A stretch of 64,000 nucleotides of DNA from Candidatus Curtissbacteria bacterium RIFCSPHIGHO2_12_FULL_41_17 (GCA_001774945.1 MFBL01000043.1:2782-66781), one strand, 5' to 3'; shown: positions 39,827 through 50,333, numbered from the stretch's first letter. Notes: generated by a model not told the origin, from the letters alone. Program-made: numbers and translations.

Positions 39827-40801
39827 TTAGGCTTTGACTATGCCCGAGATTTGTTTCTTAATTTCACCAACTGATAACCACTGGTCATTATTGTCACTCG
39901 TATAGCTGAATGATTTGAAACCGCGATTAACTTTGGGAAGCGTATTAGCTGACCAGTGAATAATTGCGAAGTGGCTGCCCAAATCATGGCTATTCCTGGA
40001 TTCTTCATAGCTGATCAAAACTTCATGAATTTTCTCGCCTGGCCGTATGCCGATGACATCAATTTTTGCCTTTGGCGCGACAGCCCTTGCGATATCAACT
40101 ATTTTAACGCTGGGTATTTTTGGCACGAAAATTTCTCCTCCCGCCATTTTACCAAGACATTTTAAGACGAAATCCACTCCTTGTTCTAAAGTTATCCAAA
40201 ATCTTGTCATTCGGGTATCTGTAATATTTAACCGATTCCCTTTTGCCTGTTCTATAAAGGCCGGCACCACACTGCCTCTTGAACCAACCACGTTGCCATA
40301 CCTTACAACGCTAAGTCTGGTTTTTGTTGCACCAGCGTAAACGTTGCCCTGAACAAATAATTTTTCAGCAACCATTTTGGTCGCTCCATACAAATTCACC
40401 GGAGAAACCGCTTTGTCGGAAGAAACCAATATAGCTTTTTTAACTCCTGTATCAATTGCCGCTTCAATGACATTTTGACTGCCCAAAATGTTTGTTTTTA
40501 CCGCTTCATACGGATTGTATTCCAAAATCGTCACCTGTTTTAAGGCAGCGGCATGGATTACAATGTCGGCGTCGTACATAGCGCGTTTAAGCCTTTCAAG
40601 ATCTCGAACGTCTCCGATAAAAAAGCGCAGCCGTTTATCATTATCGTAAATTCGCGCGAGTTCATACTGTTTAAACTCGTCTCTTGAGAATACGCGGATG
40701 ATGCCGCGGAAGGAATTGCCTGATAGCACCTTGGCGATAAACGCCTTTCCGAAAGAGCCAGTGCCGCCGGTTAAGAGGATTGTTTGATTGGTTAGTTTCA
40801 C
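39827..40801 (-). CDS. pseB: UDP-N-acetylglucosamine 4,6-dehydratase (inverting)
   Basis: TGGTGSFG, FSRDEFKQ, HAAALKQV, NLYGATK, VRYGNVVGSRGSV, MTRFWITL, GIRPGEKIHE. Confidence 0.93.
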   Translation of the reverse strand: MKLTNQTILLTGGTGSFGKAFIAKVLSGNSFRGIIRVFSRDEFKQYELARIYDNDKRLRFFIGDVRDLERLKRAMYDADIVIHAAALKQVTILEYNPYEAVKTNILGSQNVIEAAIDTGVKKAILVSSDKAVSPVNLYGATKMVAEKLFVQGNVYAGATKTRLSVVRYGNVVGSRGSVVPAFIEQAKGNRLNITDTRMTRFWITLEQGVDFVLKCLGKMAGGEIFVPKIPSVKIVDIARAVAPKAKIDVIGIRPGEKIHEVLISYEESRNSHDLGSHFAIIHWSANTLPKVNRGFKSFSYTSDNNDQWLSVGEIKKQISGIVKA

Positions 40802-40852
40802 AACAACTGTGTTTGAATGAGTATTTTAGCCCAATACGTAAGTAAAAACAAA

Positions 40853-42115
40853 CTACTTTAAGATAATAGGAGAGGGGAGAGGAACAATAAATTTTCCCCT
40901 GAAACCACGCTGTTTTAACTTGGAAGAAAGCTCATCTGCGATATGCCATGAAAACAAGAACGCATAGTCGGGTTGGTCGCGAAACAACCGTTCCTCGTCA
41001 ACAACAGGTATAAGAGTCCCTGGCATATACCTTCCTATTTTGTGTGACCCTTTAACTTCACAAATGTAATCAATCATTCCATCGTCGATTCCGCAATAGC
41101 TTACAAGAGTACTGCCTCTTGACGGTGCCCCAATGCCATATATAGTTTTATCTTTGGATTTTAGCTTATATATCAAATCCAAAATCTGAAGTTTAGAAAG
41201 AATAACCCTTTTTCTAAAATTCAAAAGCGCTTTCTTTGAATCAACAATACCCTTTTCCATCCTGAGCATTTTGGAAACAGTAGGCAAAATTTTCCTTTCA
41301 CCCTTTCTTGCTGCATATACTCTAATCGATCCTCCGTGTGATGGAATTTTTTTAGCGTGGAATATCTCAAGTCCGTACATTGAAAGTAAATACTTCAAAC
41401 TACGAAGCGAGTAATAACGCATATGTTCATGATAAATAGTGTCGTATTGCAAAGTTTTGATAAGAGAGTAAAGGTAATGAGATTCAGATACAAAAACCCC
41501 ATTTGGTGCCAGAAGTCTCTTAATATTTTTCATCACTTCAGGAAGATCTTCCATATGAGCAAAAACGCTGGTTGCCGTAATAAGAGCAGCCTTGCCCTTT
41601 TTCTTTATGATGTTGTCAACAACGGTTGGGGTAAAATAATCAATAATAGTTTCGATTCCTTTTTCAATTGCCAGCCGGCCTATTTCTTCCGGCGTGATCC
41701 CGAGCACTCTATGATTGTCTTTAAAATTGGAAAGCAAGTTACCATCGTTTGAACCAATGTCTACGATTAAGTCTTTCCTCGTAAGCGCTAAGATTTTCAA
41801 GGACTCTCTATAAAGTTCTGCGAAGTTGTCTCTTAATACTTTTGTTGTACTGCTTGTGTAAGGATATTCGGCAGGAAAAAGAATTTTAGGGTCGACAATT
41901 GTTCCAAGTTGGACAAGCAAGCATTGTGGACAGTACAGCCATTGTGCGGGATAACTGGGCTGCCTGATTGGTCTCGTACCAATTTTCGGCATGATGTTTA
42001 CTGGGGGTAAGTAACCCAAAAAAAGTATGGGCTCAAGTTTTTTATTTCCGCAAATTTGGCAGCTTTCAACGGGAATACTAGTGTTAGTTCCAAAAGCAAG
42101 AACTCTTTTAACCAT
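40853..42115 (-). CDS. NDP-sugar C-methyltransferase (TcaB9/EryBIII-like, Zn-binding)
   Basis: CQIC...CPQC..VQL, DIGSNDG, YDTIYHEH, HGGSIR, GIGAPSRG. Confidence 0.9.
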   Translation of the reverse strand: MVKRVLAFGTNTSIPVESCQICGNKKLEPILFLGYLPPVNIMPKIGTRPIRQPSYPAQWLYCPQCLLVQLGTIVDPKILFPAEYPYTSSTTKVLRDNFAELYRESLKILALTRKDLIVDIGSNDGNLLSNFKDNHRVLGITPEEIGRLAIEKGIETIIDYFTPTVVDNIIKKKGKAALITATSVFAHMEDLPEVMKNIKRLLAPNGVFVSESHYLYSLIKTLQYDTIYHEHMRYYSLRSLKYLLSMYGLEIFHAKKIPSHGGSIRVYAARKGERKILPTVSKMLRMEKGIVDSKKALLNFRKRVILSKLQILDLIYKLKSKDKTIYGIGAPSRGSTLVSYCGIDDGMIDYICEVKGSHKIGRYMPGTLIPVVDEERLFRDQPDYAFLFSWHIADELSSKLKQRGFRGKFIVPLPSPIILK

Positions 42116-42118
42116 TAG

Positions 42119-43102
42119 TTAAATAATCTCCAAGGCTGGCATTAAATGTGCGTTGGCATTATACCACTGCGCTGTTAATTTAATTCCTTCGCTTAATGAA
42201 ATTTTCGGCTTATATCCAAGTTTTTCAATTTTTGAAATATCAGGTAATCGTCTGATTGTGCCGCCCGCTGCGAGTTTCCCTGGTATAATTTTAATCTTTC
42301 TGCCGTAAAATTTGGCAATCTCATTTGCAACGTCTTTAATTTTAGCTTCCTCTTCAGTACCGATATTGTAAGTGTTTAAAGTCTTCGCCTTTTTGAAAAG
42401 AATCATAAGTCCTCTTATAAAATCATCAATATATACAAATGACCTTGTTTCGTTACCACTGCCCTGGATCGGAAAGGGAATAATGTCCTCCTTTTTGTCC
42501 AGGAGTTTCTTAAGTCTTAAGATAAACTGTGGAATAACGTGCTCCCAACCCATTTGTGGACCATACACATTATGTGGTCTAAACACCACGGCCCGACGAA
42601 AATATTTTTTACCGTAGTTTAAAACATACAGCTCGCTTATAATTTTTCCCCCAGCATAAGAAAATCTTGAATTCCCCGAATCCGGTATTACCAGAGGAAC
42701 GTCTTCCGGGGTCGGCACTACAGGAGGAATATGATAAACTTCTGAACTGGATGCAAAGAAAAATTCTTCTACCCCCCACCAAAGGCAAGCATCTACGATA
42801 TTTATAATACCCCTTGTTGAAACGTCTAAAACTTGTTCCGGTATTGTATAGAAAAATTTCGTACCGTTTATTGCAGCCAAATGTATTACTGCATCAACAT
42901 TCTTACAGGCCTTTCTCACTTCTTCGAAATTTCTTATATCCCCTTTTATAAACTCGATATGGTTTGTTAAATCTTTCAGGCTTTGGGGATTCCCCCTTGA
43001 GTAATCATCAAAAATCTTAACACTATCCCCATTTTTAATAAGCGCTCTTACTAAATTCGTGCCGATAAAGCCCGAACCGCCTGTAACTAGATAAGTTTTC
43101 AT
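42119..43102 (-). CDS. NAD-dependent epimerase/dehydratase
   Basis: VTGGSGFIG, HLAAINGT, SSSEVY, YAGGK, RPHNVYGP. Confidence 0.9.
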   Translation of the reverse strand: MKTYLVTGGSGFIGTNLVRALIKNGDSVKIFDDYSRGNPQSLKDLTNHIEFIKGDIRNFEEVRKACKNVDAVIHLAAINGTKFFYTIPEQVLDVSTRGIINIVDACLWWGVEEFFFASSSEVYHIPPVVPTPEDVPLVIPDSGNSRFSYAGGKIISELYVLNYGKKYFRRAVVFRPHNVYGPQMGWEHVIPQFILRLKKLLDKKEDIIPFPIQGSGNETRSFVYIDDFIRGLMILFKKAKTLNTYNIGTEEEAKIKDVANEIAKFYGRKIKIIPGKLAAGGTIRRLPDISKIEKLGYKPKISLSEGIKLTAQWYNANAHLMPALEII

Positions 43103-43162
43103 TTATAAAAAAACATTTGAATAAACTGGTAATTTTTCACCATTTGTAATATTCTAGCCGAT

Positions 43163-44089
43163 ATGTCAAAAGAGTCTACCAAAAGCCAACCTCAAAAACA
43201 AAAAATTTTAGTATACGGATCAACAGGCTTGGTTGGTACAAAGATAATTCAGCTATTATCTGATAAGTTTAGAATAGTAGCTCCGCCGCATTATCAACTT
43301 AATTTAGTAAATAAAAAGAAAATTTCAAGCCATCTCAAAGATGTATTACCAGACCAAATAATTTATGCTGCCGGTTTAACAAAAGTTGACAGTGCACAAG
43401 CAAATCCAAAAAAGGCATTTTATCTCAACTACCAAATTGTTGACTTTATAGCCTCGCAGGCATCGAAGTTAAAAGTGCCTTTTCATTACTTATCGACAGA
43501 TGCCGTTTTCAATGGCACAAAAACTAATGCTCCTTATAGAGAAGACGATAAACCAAATCCCATCTCTGTTTATGGAGAGAGTAAATTAAAAGGCGAGATC
43601 GCAACACTTTCTGCCTCTTCCCGAAATTCAGTCATTAGAACGGAACTAATTTACACATCTTATTTCCCGCACAAAAAAGATTTTGCCAGAGTCGCTTACG
43701 AGTCGCTTAAAAGAAAAGAAATGTTTGATGGAATTATTGATCAGGTGATAACACCCACTTTTGTTGACGATATAGTATACTCAATTAGCTTAATTTTTGA
43801 AAAAAAAGCAAAGGGTATCTATCATGTTGCCTCTACAGATGCTACAACAAACTACGGTTTTTTGATTAAGCTAGCAAAAATATTTAACTTTGACGAAACG
43901 TTAATCAGAAAAGTAAAATTCGACGATTTCTTTGCTGGTAAAATTGCCAAAAGAGCGAAATATTGTTGGCTCGATACCGCCAAATTTCAAAAAGAGTTTA
44001 AAGACCACCCACTCAGAAGAATTAAAAACAGTTTGCTGGATTTTAAAAAACAGCTATCCAAGGTAGAATTACTGCCTATCGACCTTTAA
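43163..44089 (+). CDS. rmlD: dTDP-4-dehydrorhamnose reductase-like SDR
   Basis: GSTGLVG, STDAVFNG, YREDD.PNPISVYGESKLKGE, PTFVDD. Confidence 0.8.
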   Translation: MSKESTKSQPQKQKILVYGSTGLVGTKIIQLLSDKFRIVAPPHYQLNLVNKKKISSHLKDVLPDQIIYAAGLTKVDSAQANPKKAFYLNYQIVDFIASQASKLKVPFHYLSTDAVFNGTKTNAPYREDDKPNPISVYGESKLKGEIATLSASSRNSVIRTELIYTSYFPHKKDFARVAYESLKRKEMFDGIIDQVITPTFVDDIVYSISLIFEKKAKGIYHVASTDATTNYGFLIKLAKIFNFDETLIRKVKFDDFFAGKIAKRAKYCWLDTAKFQKEFKDHPLRRIKNSLLDFKKQLSKVELLPIDL

Positions 44090-44794
44090 TCTTTGCAAGA
44101 TACCCCATAGGTACCAATGGATATATTTGGGCAGCCATTTCATCATTTTAAATTTTGAAGTACCCTGAGTTCTTTCTCTCCAGATAGTTGGAACGTCACA
44201 GATTTTTGCTCCCATTGAGTTTGTTTTAATTAAAATTTCCATCGAAAATTCCCATCCCCCGTTAGATTCAATTTTAATTTTTTTCAAAAAGTCTTTTTTA
44301 TACATTTTAAAACCATTGGTTAAATCTCTCGTCGATATTCCTAAAAGAACCATAGTCAATAAACCTGCAACTCTCGACAATGTTGTCTTGATAAACCCGC
44401 CGCCGATTTTGCTGCCGCCTTTTGAGTATCGGGTTGCGCAAACAATATCAAAGCCTGCTTGGATTTTTGAATACATCTTATTTATCGTCTTCGGATCATC
44501 AGCCAAGTCTGCAGGCATGACAACACAAATTCCAAAAGACGACGTTGTAAACCCTGTCTTTACTGCATTTATTATCCCTCGTCCGAATTTGTTTCTGACA
44601 AGTTTAACGTTTGGAAATTTCTTACGGATTAATTTTACCGGTTCAATTGTAGTATCTTTATCAAAGTCATAGACAATTAAAACCTCATGCTTTGCGTCAA
44701 CCATTTTTTCGATTTGCTTAATCTGCTCGGTGATATTTTCGCCTTCGTTATAAACGGGTAAAATAATGGAAATTCCTTCAGCGGACTTTTTCAT
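44069..44794 (-). CDS. GT2 polyprenol-phosphate glycosyltransferase (DPM synthase-like)
   Basis: ILPVYNE, ADLADDP, ATRYSKGG, DLTNGFK, RTQGTSKF. Confidence 0.88.
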   Translation of the reverse strand: MKKSAEGISIILPVYNEGENITEQIKQIEKMVDAKHEVLIVYDFDKDTTIEPVKLIRKKFPNVKLVRNKFGRGIINAVKTGFTTSSFGICVVMPADLADDPKTINKMYSKIQAGFDIVCATRYSKGGSKIGGGFIKTTLSRVAGLLTMVLLGISTRDLTNGFKMYKKDFLKKIKIESNGGWEFSMEILIKTNSMGAKICDVPTIWRERTQGTSKFKMMKWLPKYIHWYLWGILQRLKVDRQ

Positions 44795-44804
44795 AGCATT
44801 GCTT

Positions 44805-46514
44805 TTACCTCCCTACTTTCAATACGTCAAAATATGGACCAGCGCGATCCATAATAAAAAGTGGAAAAACGTAGTGCGTATCAACTAAAAGCTCGGGAAT
44901 TTTTCCATCATAAATAGAATTTTTTGTAGGCGAAAAATGCGCCGCTAGTTCAAATCTGCCTGTCTTATCCAGGTTCAATAATCTTCCGTCAGACCCGAGG
45001 TAGGAATCAACAACATATCTTACCGGAAATACAGCTTTTGCTTTTTCAAAAGCTTCCATCTTGGATAACGATTTATTAGAGTAGTCATATATATATAAAA
45101 CTTCCCGAACATTAATAGGGTATGATTTTCCTACTAATTTTTCAGCACGCATGTAGTAAGATTTGTTATTTAATCTGATAATTTTTCGGGCATCTGTCCC
45201 GGAAACATAGCCTAAAGCTCTTTTTTCGGTTGAGGCAATGGGAATTCTAATGTCTATATTTTTATCAACCCATTTTCTTACTTGAACAAATGTTGGTTCT
45301 CTCAGAAGCAGAAGATTCCAATAAATTGAGTTAAAAGAGGCAACAAAAATTATAAAAACAGTAAATGGTATCCTTAACATTTTATAGCGTTCTATTAAGT
45401 TAGCTGCCTCAAATCCGGCAAATAAAGGTAATAATGAAATGCCAACCAAAGAATATCTCAAAAAAGGAGGAAAGATACTTACAATCAGCGAAAAATTAAA
45501 TATTATAAATATTAAAAAAGCGAAAAGAATCCGCTTATCCCTACTTTTTTCAAATCTTCCCAGGATGAATTTAATGAAAAAGACGGCGGTCAAAATTACT
45601 ATTAGTCCGTCTGTTAGAAAAAAATCTTTGGTCATTCTAGGTACCGACATTTCCCTTAAAGATATAAGTGGATTTTTTAGAAGGCCTACAGTAGGATTTG
45701 CAGGATCAATAATTTTTAAAAAATTCCCTCCAACTGAGAAATAATTTAAAACTAGAACCAAGAATAACCACAATAATGCTCCGAAAATATGATGAATTGA
45801 AATAATTTTTTTTCCAGCAAAAATTCGTATTAAACCCACCAATAAAATAACTATGCCCGCTATTTGATGAAAACCGAAGGCGATAGAGGCAAAAAATACA
45901 GAGAGAAGAAGATTCCGCAGCGCATGGTTTCTCTTTAAAACGCTTCTTAATACAAACAAAGTTGCCAGCAGGCTGAAAAAAATTGCCCCTGACCAACCTC
46001 TAGCAAGATGAGAAATATGAACTAGATTAAAAGAGACTGCCGCAAAAAAACTCGCCCACAAGGCTATCTTTCTGTTTTTAAACAATTCCACACAGAGAAG
46101 ATAAATAGCAATTATGCTTAATGTTCCAAACATTGCCGAAATTATTCTAGGTATGAAGAGCATATAGCCTTCTTGGGTTACTAATAAAAACTCCATATCT
46201 TGTACCGAGTGAATCTTTCCGGTTAGCAAAAGTACACTAAATGCCAAAAGAAGGAAAGGAATCTGGAGATAAGCTCCAAGCGGTCCGTAATTCCCGATAG
46301 TAAAAGGAGTTTTTTCAGCTAGCATATTTAAAGCGCTTTGATGGTATATTGCTTCATCATTTGAAACAAAAAGTATAGGAAAGCCAATAGTTAGATTATT
46401 GATCCTTAACAAAAAGCCCAGAGTAATAATTGCAAGAAGAATATACTTCGGCTGCCGAAAAACAGGTTTAGTTAGAATATTTCTTAAAAAATTCCTCAAA
46501 TTTCGAAACAACAT
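44805..46514 (-). CDS. GT-C (ArnT/PMT-like) membrane glycosyltransferase
   Basis: LLRI...NDE, YGPL, RIISAMFG, multi-TM, PFLRY. Confidence 0.78.
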   Translation of the reverse strand: MLFRNLRNFLRNILTKPVFRQPKYILLAIITLGFLLRINNLTIGFPILFVSNDEAIYHQSALNMLAEKTPFTIGNYGPLGAYLQIPFLLLAFSVLLLTGKIHSVQDMEFLLVTQEGYMLFIPRIISAMFGTLSIIAIYLLCVELFKNRKIALWASFFAAVSFNLVHISHLARGWSGAIFFSLLATLFVLRSVLKRNHALRNLLLSVFFASIAFGFHQIAGIVILLVGLIRIFAGKKIISIHHIFGALLWLFLVLVLNYFSVGGNFLKIIDPANPTVGLLKNPLISLREMSVPRMTKDFFLTDGLIVILTAVFFIKFILGRFEKSRDKRILFAFLIFIIFNFSLIVSIFPPFLRYSLVGISLLPLFAGFEAANLIERYKMLRIPFTVFIIFVASFNSIYWNLLLLREPTFVQVRKWVDKNIDIRIPIASTEKRALGYVSGTDARKIIRLNNKSYYMRAEKLVGKSYPINVREVLYIYDYSNKSLSKMEAFEKAKAVFPVRYVVDSYLGSDGRLLNLDKTGRFELAAHFSPTKNSIYDGKIPELLVDTHYVFPLFIMDRAGPYFDVLKVGR

Positions 46515-47769
46515 ATCTTAATTTTGCTTTATCGTTTCCTGGATAAACTCCGATCCAAAAACCATTATTCATAATTAAATCACTATTTTTTAAATCTGTG
46601 ACCACACGGTGTTTAATATTAAGGTATGCAGGGTGGCGAAGTAAGTTTCCTGCAAATAAACTTCTGGTTTCAATTTTGTTATCCTGAAGAAAGTTAACGA
46701 TATCCAGTCTGGAAAACGGGGCAGTTTTTTTGACTACAAGCATGAACCCGAACCAGCAGGGTTCGGTTTTTTTATCCCACGCGGGCAGGATGAAAAACTT
46801 TTCGTATTTTTTTAAATTTTTATACAAATAATCGAAATTTTTTCTGCGTGTTTTGATAAATACCGGCAGTTTCTCAAGCTGAGCTATGCCGATTGCAGCG
46901 GCTATGTCGGTACTTTTTAAATTGTATCCAATGTGTGAATAGGTATATTTATGGTCGTAGCCATACGGGAGTTTGCCCAATTTGTAGCCAAATCTTCTGC
47001 CGCAGCGGTTGTCTTGCCCCGTTCTGCACCAGCAATCTCGTCCCCATTCACAAAATGAGTTAACAATAACGTAAAGGTCTGGATTGTTGGTGACAACTGC
47101 TCCTCCTTCACCCATAGTTATCTGGTGCGCAGGATAAAAGGAAAATGTTGCCAAATCCCCAAAACTGCCGACATACTCTCCTAAGTATTTTGAACCCAGC
47201 GCATCGCAGCAGTCTTCGATTATCCAAAGATTATATTTCTTGGCAACTTTCTGAACTTCTTTCATGTCGAACGGATTGCCAAGAGTATGAGCCATCATTA
47301 TGACTTTAGTTTTTTTTGAAACGGCCTTTTCAATAAGTTTGGGAACTGCATTTCTGCTGGCTGCATCTATGTCGACAAAAACGGGAACTGCACCGAACTG
47401 AATTATCGGGTTGATTGTCGTTGGGAAAGAACAAGCGACAGTTATGACTTCATCACCCGGCATAATTCTTCTTTTGCCAAGTTTTATAGAGGTGAGAGCC
47501 GAAAATGCTGCCAAATTGGCGCTCGAACCGGAGTTTACAAGTGTCGTGTATTTGACTCCCAGAAATTTAGAAAATTTTTTACAAAATTCTTCTGCAAAGT
47601 GTCCTTCTGTCAGCCAAAATTCTAAAGACGCCTCGACTGCTTTTTCAATTTCTTTCTGGTCAAAAACCCTGCCGGAAACTTTAACTGGGGTTACTCCCGG
47701 AATGAAGTTCTGGGGTTTGTGATATTTTAAGTAGTGTTTTTTTATCAGGGATTTTGGAATTACTGTCAT
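46468..47769 (-). CDS. rfbH: CDP-4-keto-6-deoxy-D-glucose 3-dehydratase (E1, DdhC/RfbH)
   Basis: NSGSSANL, EDCCDALG, SFYPAHQITMGEGG (His in place of Lys), WGRDCWC..DNRC Fe-S ligands, YDHKY. Confidence 0.93.
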   Translation of the reverse strand: MTVIPKSLIKKHYLKYHKPQNFIPGVTPVKVSGRVFDQKEIEKAVEASLEFWLTEGHFAEEFCKKFSKFLGVKYTTLVNSGSSANLAAFSALTSIKLGKRRIMPGDEVITVACSFPTTINPIIQFGAVPVFVDIDAASRNAVPKLIEKAVSKKTKVIMMAHTLGNPFDMKEVQKVAKKYNLWIIEDCCDALGSKYLGEYVGSFGDLATFSFYPAHQITMGEGGAVVTNNPDLYVIVNSFCEWGRDCWCRTGQDNRCGRRFGYKLGKLPYGYDHKYTYSHIGYNLKSTDIAAAIGIAQLEKLPVFIKTRRKNFDYLYKNLKKYEKFFILPAWDKKTEPCWFGFMLVVKKTAPFSRLDIVNFLQDNKIETRSLFAGNLLRHPAYLNIKHRVVTDLKNSDLIMNNGFWIGVYPGNDKAKLRYVVSKFEEFFKKYSN

Positions 47770-48740
47770 TTGGTCAGATCTTCACCAACAGATTTCTTTT
47801 TTTCATTTAATATCTCATCAATAATGTATACGGGTCTTGACTTAGTTTCTTCAACGATAACTTGGATATATTTACCTATAATACTAATTGCCAAAAGCTG
47901 AATTCCCCCAAAGAAGACAATACTAACAACAATGGTTACGGCAGCTTTAATAGGATTTCCAAATAACAAGAAAATCAGCAGATAAGCAATGATAAAAAGA
48001 AATGAAAGTAAGACCAGAATAAAGCTAATATAGACCATCAGATCCAAAGGTAAATAGGAAAAACCGAAAAAGCTTCTTTCGGCATGTTTAATGTACCTGA
48101 AAAAATTATATGAACTCTTCCCCCTTTTTCTCTTTTGTCTTTTATATTCCACGTAATCAGTTTTAAATCCAACCCAGGCCCTAAGGCCCCTAAACATCCT
48201 GTACTTTTCCGGCAATGATTGAATTGCCCTTAAAACTTTTCTGTCTAACAGTCCATAACTTCCACTATTTACTGGAATGTATATGTCCGAAATTGCTTTA
48301 AAAATTTTGTAATAAGTTTTTCTTAAAAGAGTCATTATCAAACTATCCTCAATTTTTGTACGTATTCCCACCACAACATCAAACCCTTTTTCCCAGCGGT
48401 CGATAAACTGCGGTATCAAATGAGACGGATCTTGCAAATCAGCCTCGTAAATAATTACTGCATCGCCGTTAGTCTTATCTAGTCCTGCATGAACTGATGC
48501 TTCCGGGCCGAAATTCCTTGACAAAAAAATGCCAACCACATTTTTGTCTTTTTTTGCAAGATCTCGGATTTCTTTTCTCGTATTATCCAAACTTCTATTG
48601 TCAACAAAAACAAATTCGTAGGCATAATTTTTAATTTTAGTAATTACATTTTTTAATTCCCTATAAACTTGGAGGACATTCTCCTCCTCATTAAAACAGG
48701 GAATTACAAAAGAAATAATTTTTTTCCTATTACTTATCAT
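47766..48740 (-). CDS. GtrB/ArnC-like undecaprenyl-phosphate glycosyltransferase (GT2 with two C-terminal TMs)
   Basis: IPCFNEE, LSRNFG, ADLQDP, RGLRAWVGF, two TM helices, IGKYI...RPVYII. Confidence 0.9.
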   Translation of the reverse strand: MISNRKKIISFVIPCFNEEENVLQVYRELKNVITKIKNYAYEFVFVDNRSLDNTRKEIRDLAKKDKNVVGIFLSRNFGPEASVHAGLDKTNGDAVIIYEADLQDPSHLIPQFIDRWEKGFDVVVGIRTKIEDSLIMTLLRKTYYKIFKAISDIYIPVNSGSYGLLDRKVLRAIQSLPEKYRMFRGLRAWVGFKTDYVEYKRQKRKRGKSSYNFFRYIKHAERSFFGFSYLPLDLMVYISFILVLLSFLFIIAYLLIFLLFGNPIKAAVTIVVSIVFFGGIQLLAISIIGKYIQVIVEETKSRPVYIIDEILNEKKKSVGEDLTK

Positions 48741-49432
48741 TTGCCTTGTAGTAAATATTTTTTTAAGTCAAAAAATTTCTCAATAATGAGATCTGCATTA
48801 GATAAAAATTTTGCGGGTAACGTTGACCGTATCGCAATACAGTAAAGCCCAGCGCCTGAAACCGAAAGTATTCCTAGTGGAGCATTTTCAACTGCTACTG
48901 CCTCATGTGATTCTACTTCGAGCATCTCAAGAGCCCTCTTATAAGGGTCAGGACTAGGCTTTACTTTTAAATTCATATCTCCTGTTATCAAGACATCAAA
49001 AAGAGCCAAAAGTTTTCCAGGAGCCGTCTTGGCAAGTCTCAATTTAGTTGCTCCACTAACTAGCGCCAATAATTTCTTTGAGGCTTTTAGCCTTTTTAAT
49101 ATTTGTAATACCCCTGGATATAATCTTAATTTATTAAAATTAACATAGACATTGTCTTTATCGCGGGCAATTTTTAAAATTTGACTTTCCGAAAGTTTCA
49201 GTTTGTTATTTAAAACGATGGTTCTGGCAACTCCAGCTGGGTTCATTCCTTCAAGTGGTAGATAGTCATTTTTCCGAAGCGAAACCTTTTGCTTCAAAAA
49301 AACTTTACGCCAAGCACGAAAATTATCATACATACTATCAACTAAAACCCCATCATAATCAAATAATACTGCTTTTAACCTCTTGGGAAATTGTCGTTTA
49401 TTCACACTGACCTTATCTTCTCCAGATTTCAA
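48737..49432 (-). CDS. HAD family phosphatase (beta-PGM-like); true start may be the GTG at 49405
   Basis: FDYDGVLVDS, KPSPDPY, VENAPLG. Confidence 0.88.
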   Translation of the reverse strand: MKSGEDKVSVNKRQFPKRLKAVLFDYDGVLVDSMYDNFRAWRKVFLKQKVSLRKNDYLPLEGMNPAGVARTIVLNNKLKLSESQILKIARDKDNVYVNFNKLRLYPGVLQILKRLKASKKLLALVSGATKLRLAKTAPGKLLALFDVLITGDMNLKVKPSPDPYKRALEMLEVESHEAVAVENAPLGILSVSGAGLYCIAIRSTLPAKFLSNADLIIEKFFDLKKYLLQGK

Positions 49433-50318
49433 CCCTATTCAGATTTAACGAGTTTTTATCAATCTTCGAAATATTTTTTTGGTACCACCTGTACAAGTAT
49501 TCAAGTTTTTCATCAAAATTGCTAAATTTCAAACCTATTATTTCATCTTTAAGTCTTTGGTTATCACACGTATATTCATTATTTAACCCACTTTTCATAA
49601 TTTTTATAGGTAATTTTTTACCAGAAATTTTGAGAATTTTTTGGGCAATTGAAACAAGATCAATAGGCACACCCGTACCTACGTTATAAGTTTTAAATTT
49701 CCCATCATGCGTCAGGAAATGGTCTAAAATCTTAGTAAAGTCCTCGACATAGAGATAGTCGAAAAATATATTCTGATTAATAGTAATCGGCATATTAAAA
49801 ATTACTTTACAGATTGTGTTGGAAATAAAACGGTATTGCCAATTCTCATATTTCCCATAGAGTCCAAAGATTCTTAAGTTAACTATATTTTCAGACTTTT
49901 CGATGTACTTTGCGCAAATGTACTTGTAAAGGCCAAAATCATCCGATGGGATTCTTGAATCGAAATCAGTTTCTTTAACTTTGCTAATTGAAAGTTGCTT
50001 GCCATATTCGGCGCCTGAGCCGACTAAAATCATTTTTTTAAAAAACTGATCATTTCGAACAATATTGAAGAACATTCTTAGATTATAAGAAGTTACATGC
50101 TCAAAATTTGCTTCTTTCTGATTTCCACCGCGATTTGCTAAATGAATTACTATATCAATAGGGTTCTTTTTCATGAATTTATAAACAGCATCAGAGTCGA
50201 CAAGTTCCAATTCATCGTGCGAAGGTGCAATGAACTGATATTTTTTATCCAAAAGTTCAAAAATATTTCTGCCAATGAAGCCTTGTTTACCCGTTAAAAA
50301 AATTTTGAGCTTTGCCAT
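49413..50318 (-). CDS. NAD(P)-dependent epimerase/reductase (possibly YerF-like)
   Basis: TGKQGFIG, GSGAEYG, FGLYK variant of YxxxK, RIFGLYG. Confidence 0.8.
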   Translation of the reverse strand: MAKLKIFLTGKQGFIGRNIFELLDKKYQFIAPSHDELELVDSDAVYKFMKKNPIDIVIHLANRGGNQKEANFEHVTSYNLRMFFNIVRNDQFFKKMILVGSGAEYGKQLSISKVKETDFDSRIPSDDFGLYKYICAKYIEKSENIVNLRIFGLYGKYENWQYRFISNTICKVIFNMPITINQNIFFDYLYVEDFTKILDHFLTHDGKFKTYNVGTGVPIDLVSIAQKILKISGKKLPIKIMKSGLNNEYTCDNQRLKDEIIGLKFSNFDEKLEYLYRWYQKNISKIDKNSLNLNRVEIWRR

Positions 50319-50333
50319 TTCCAGGTTGAAGTT

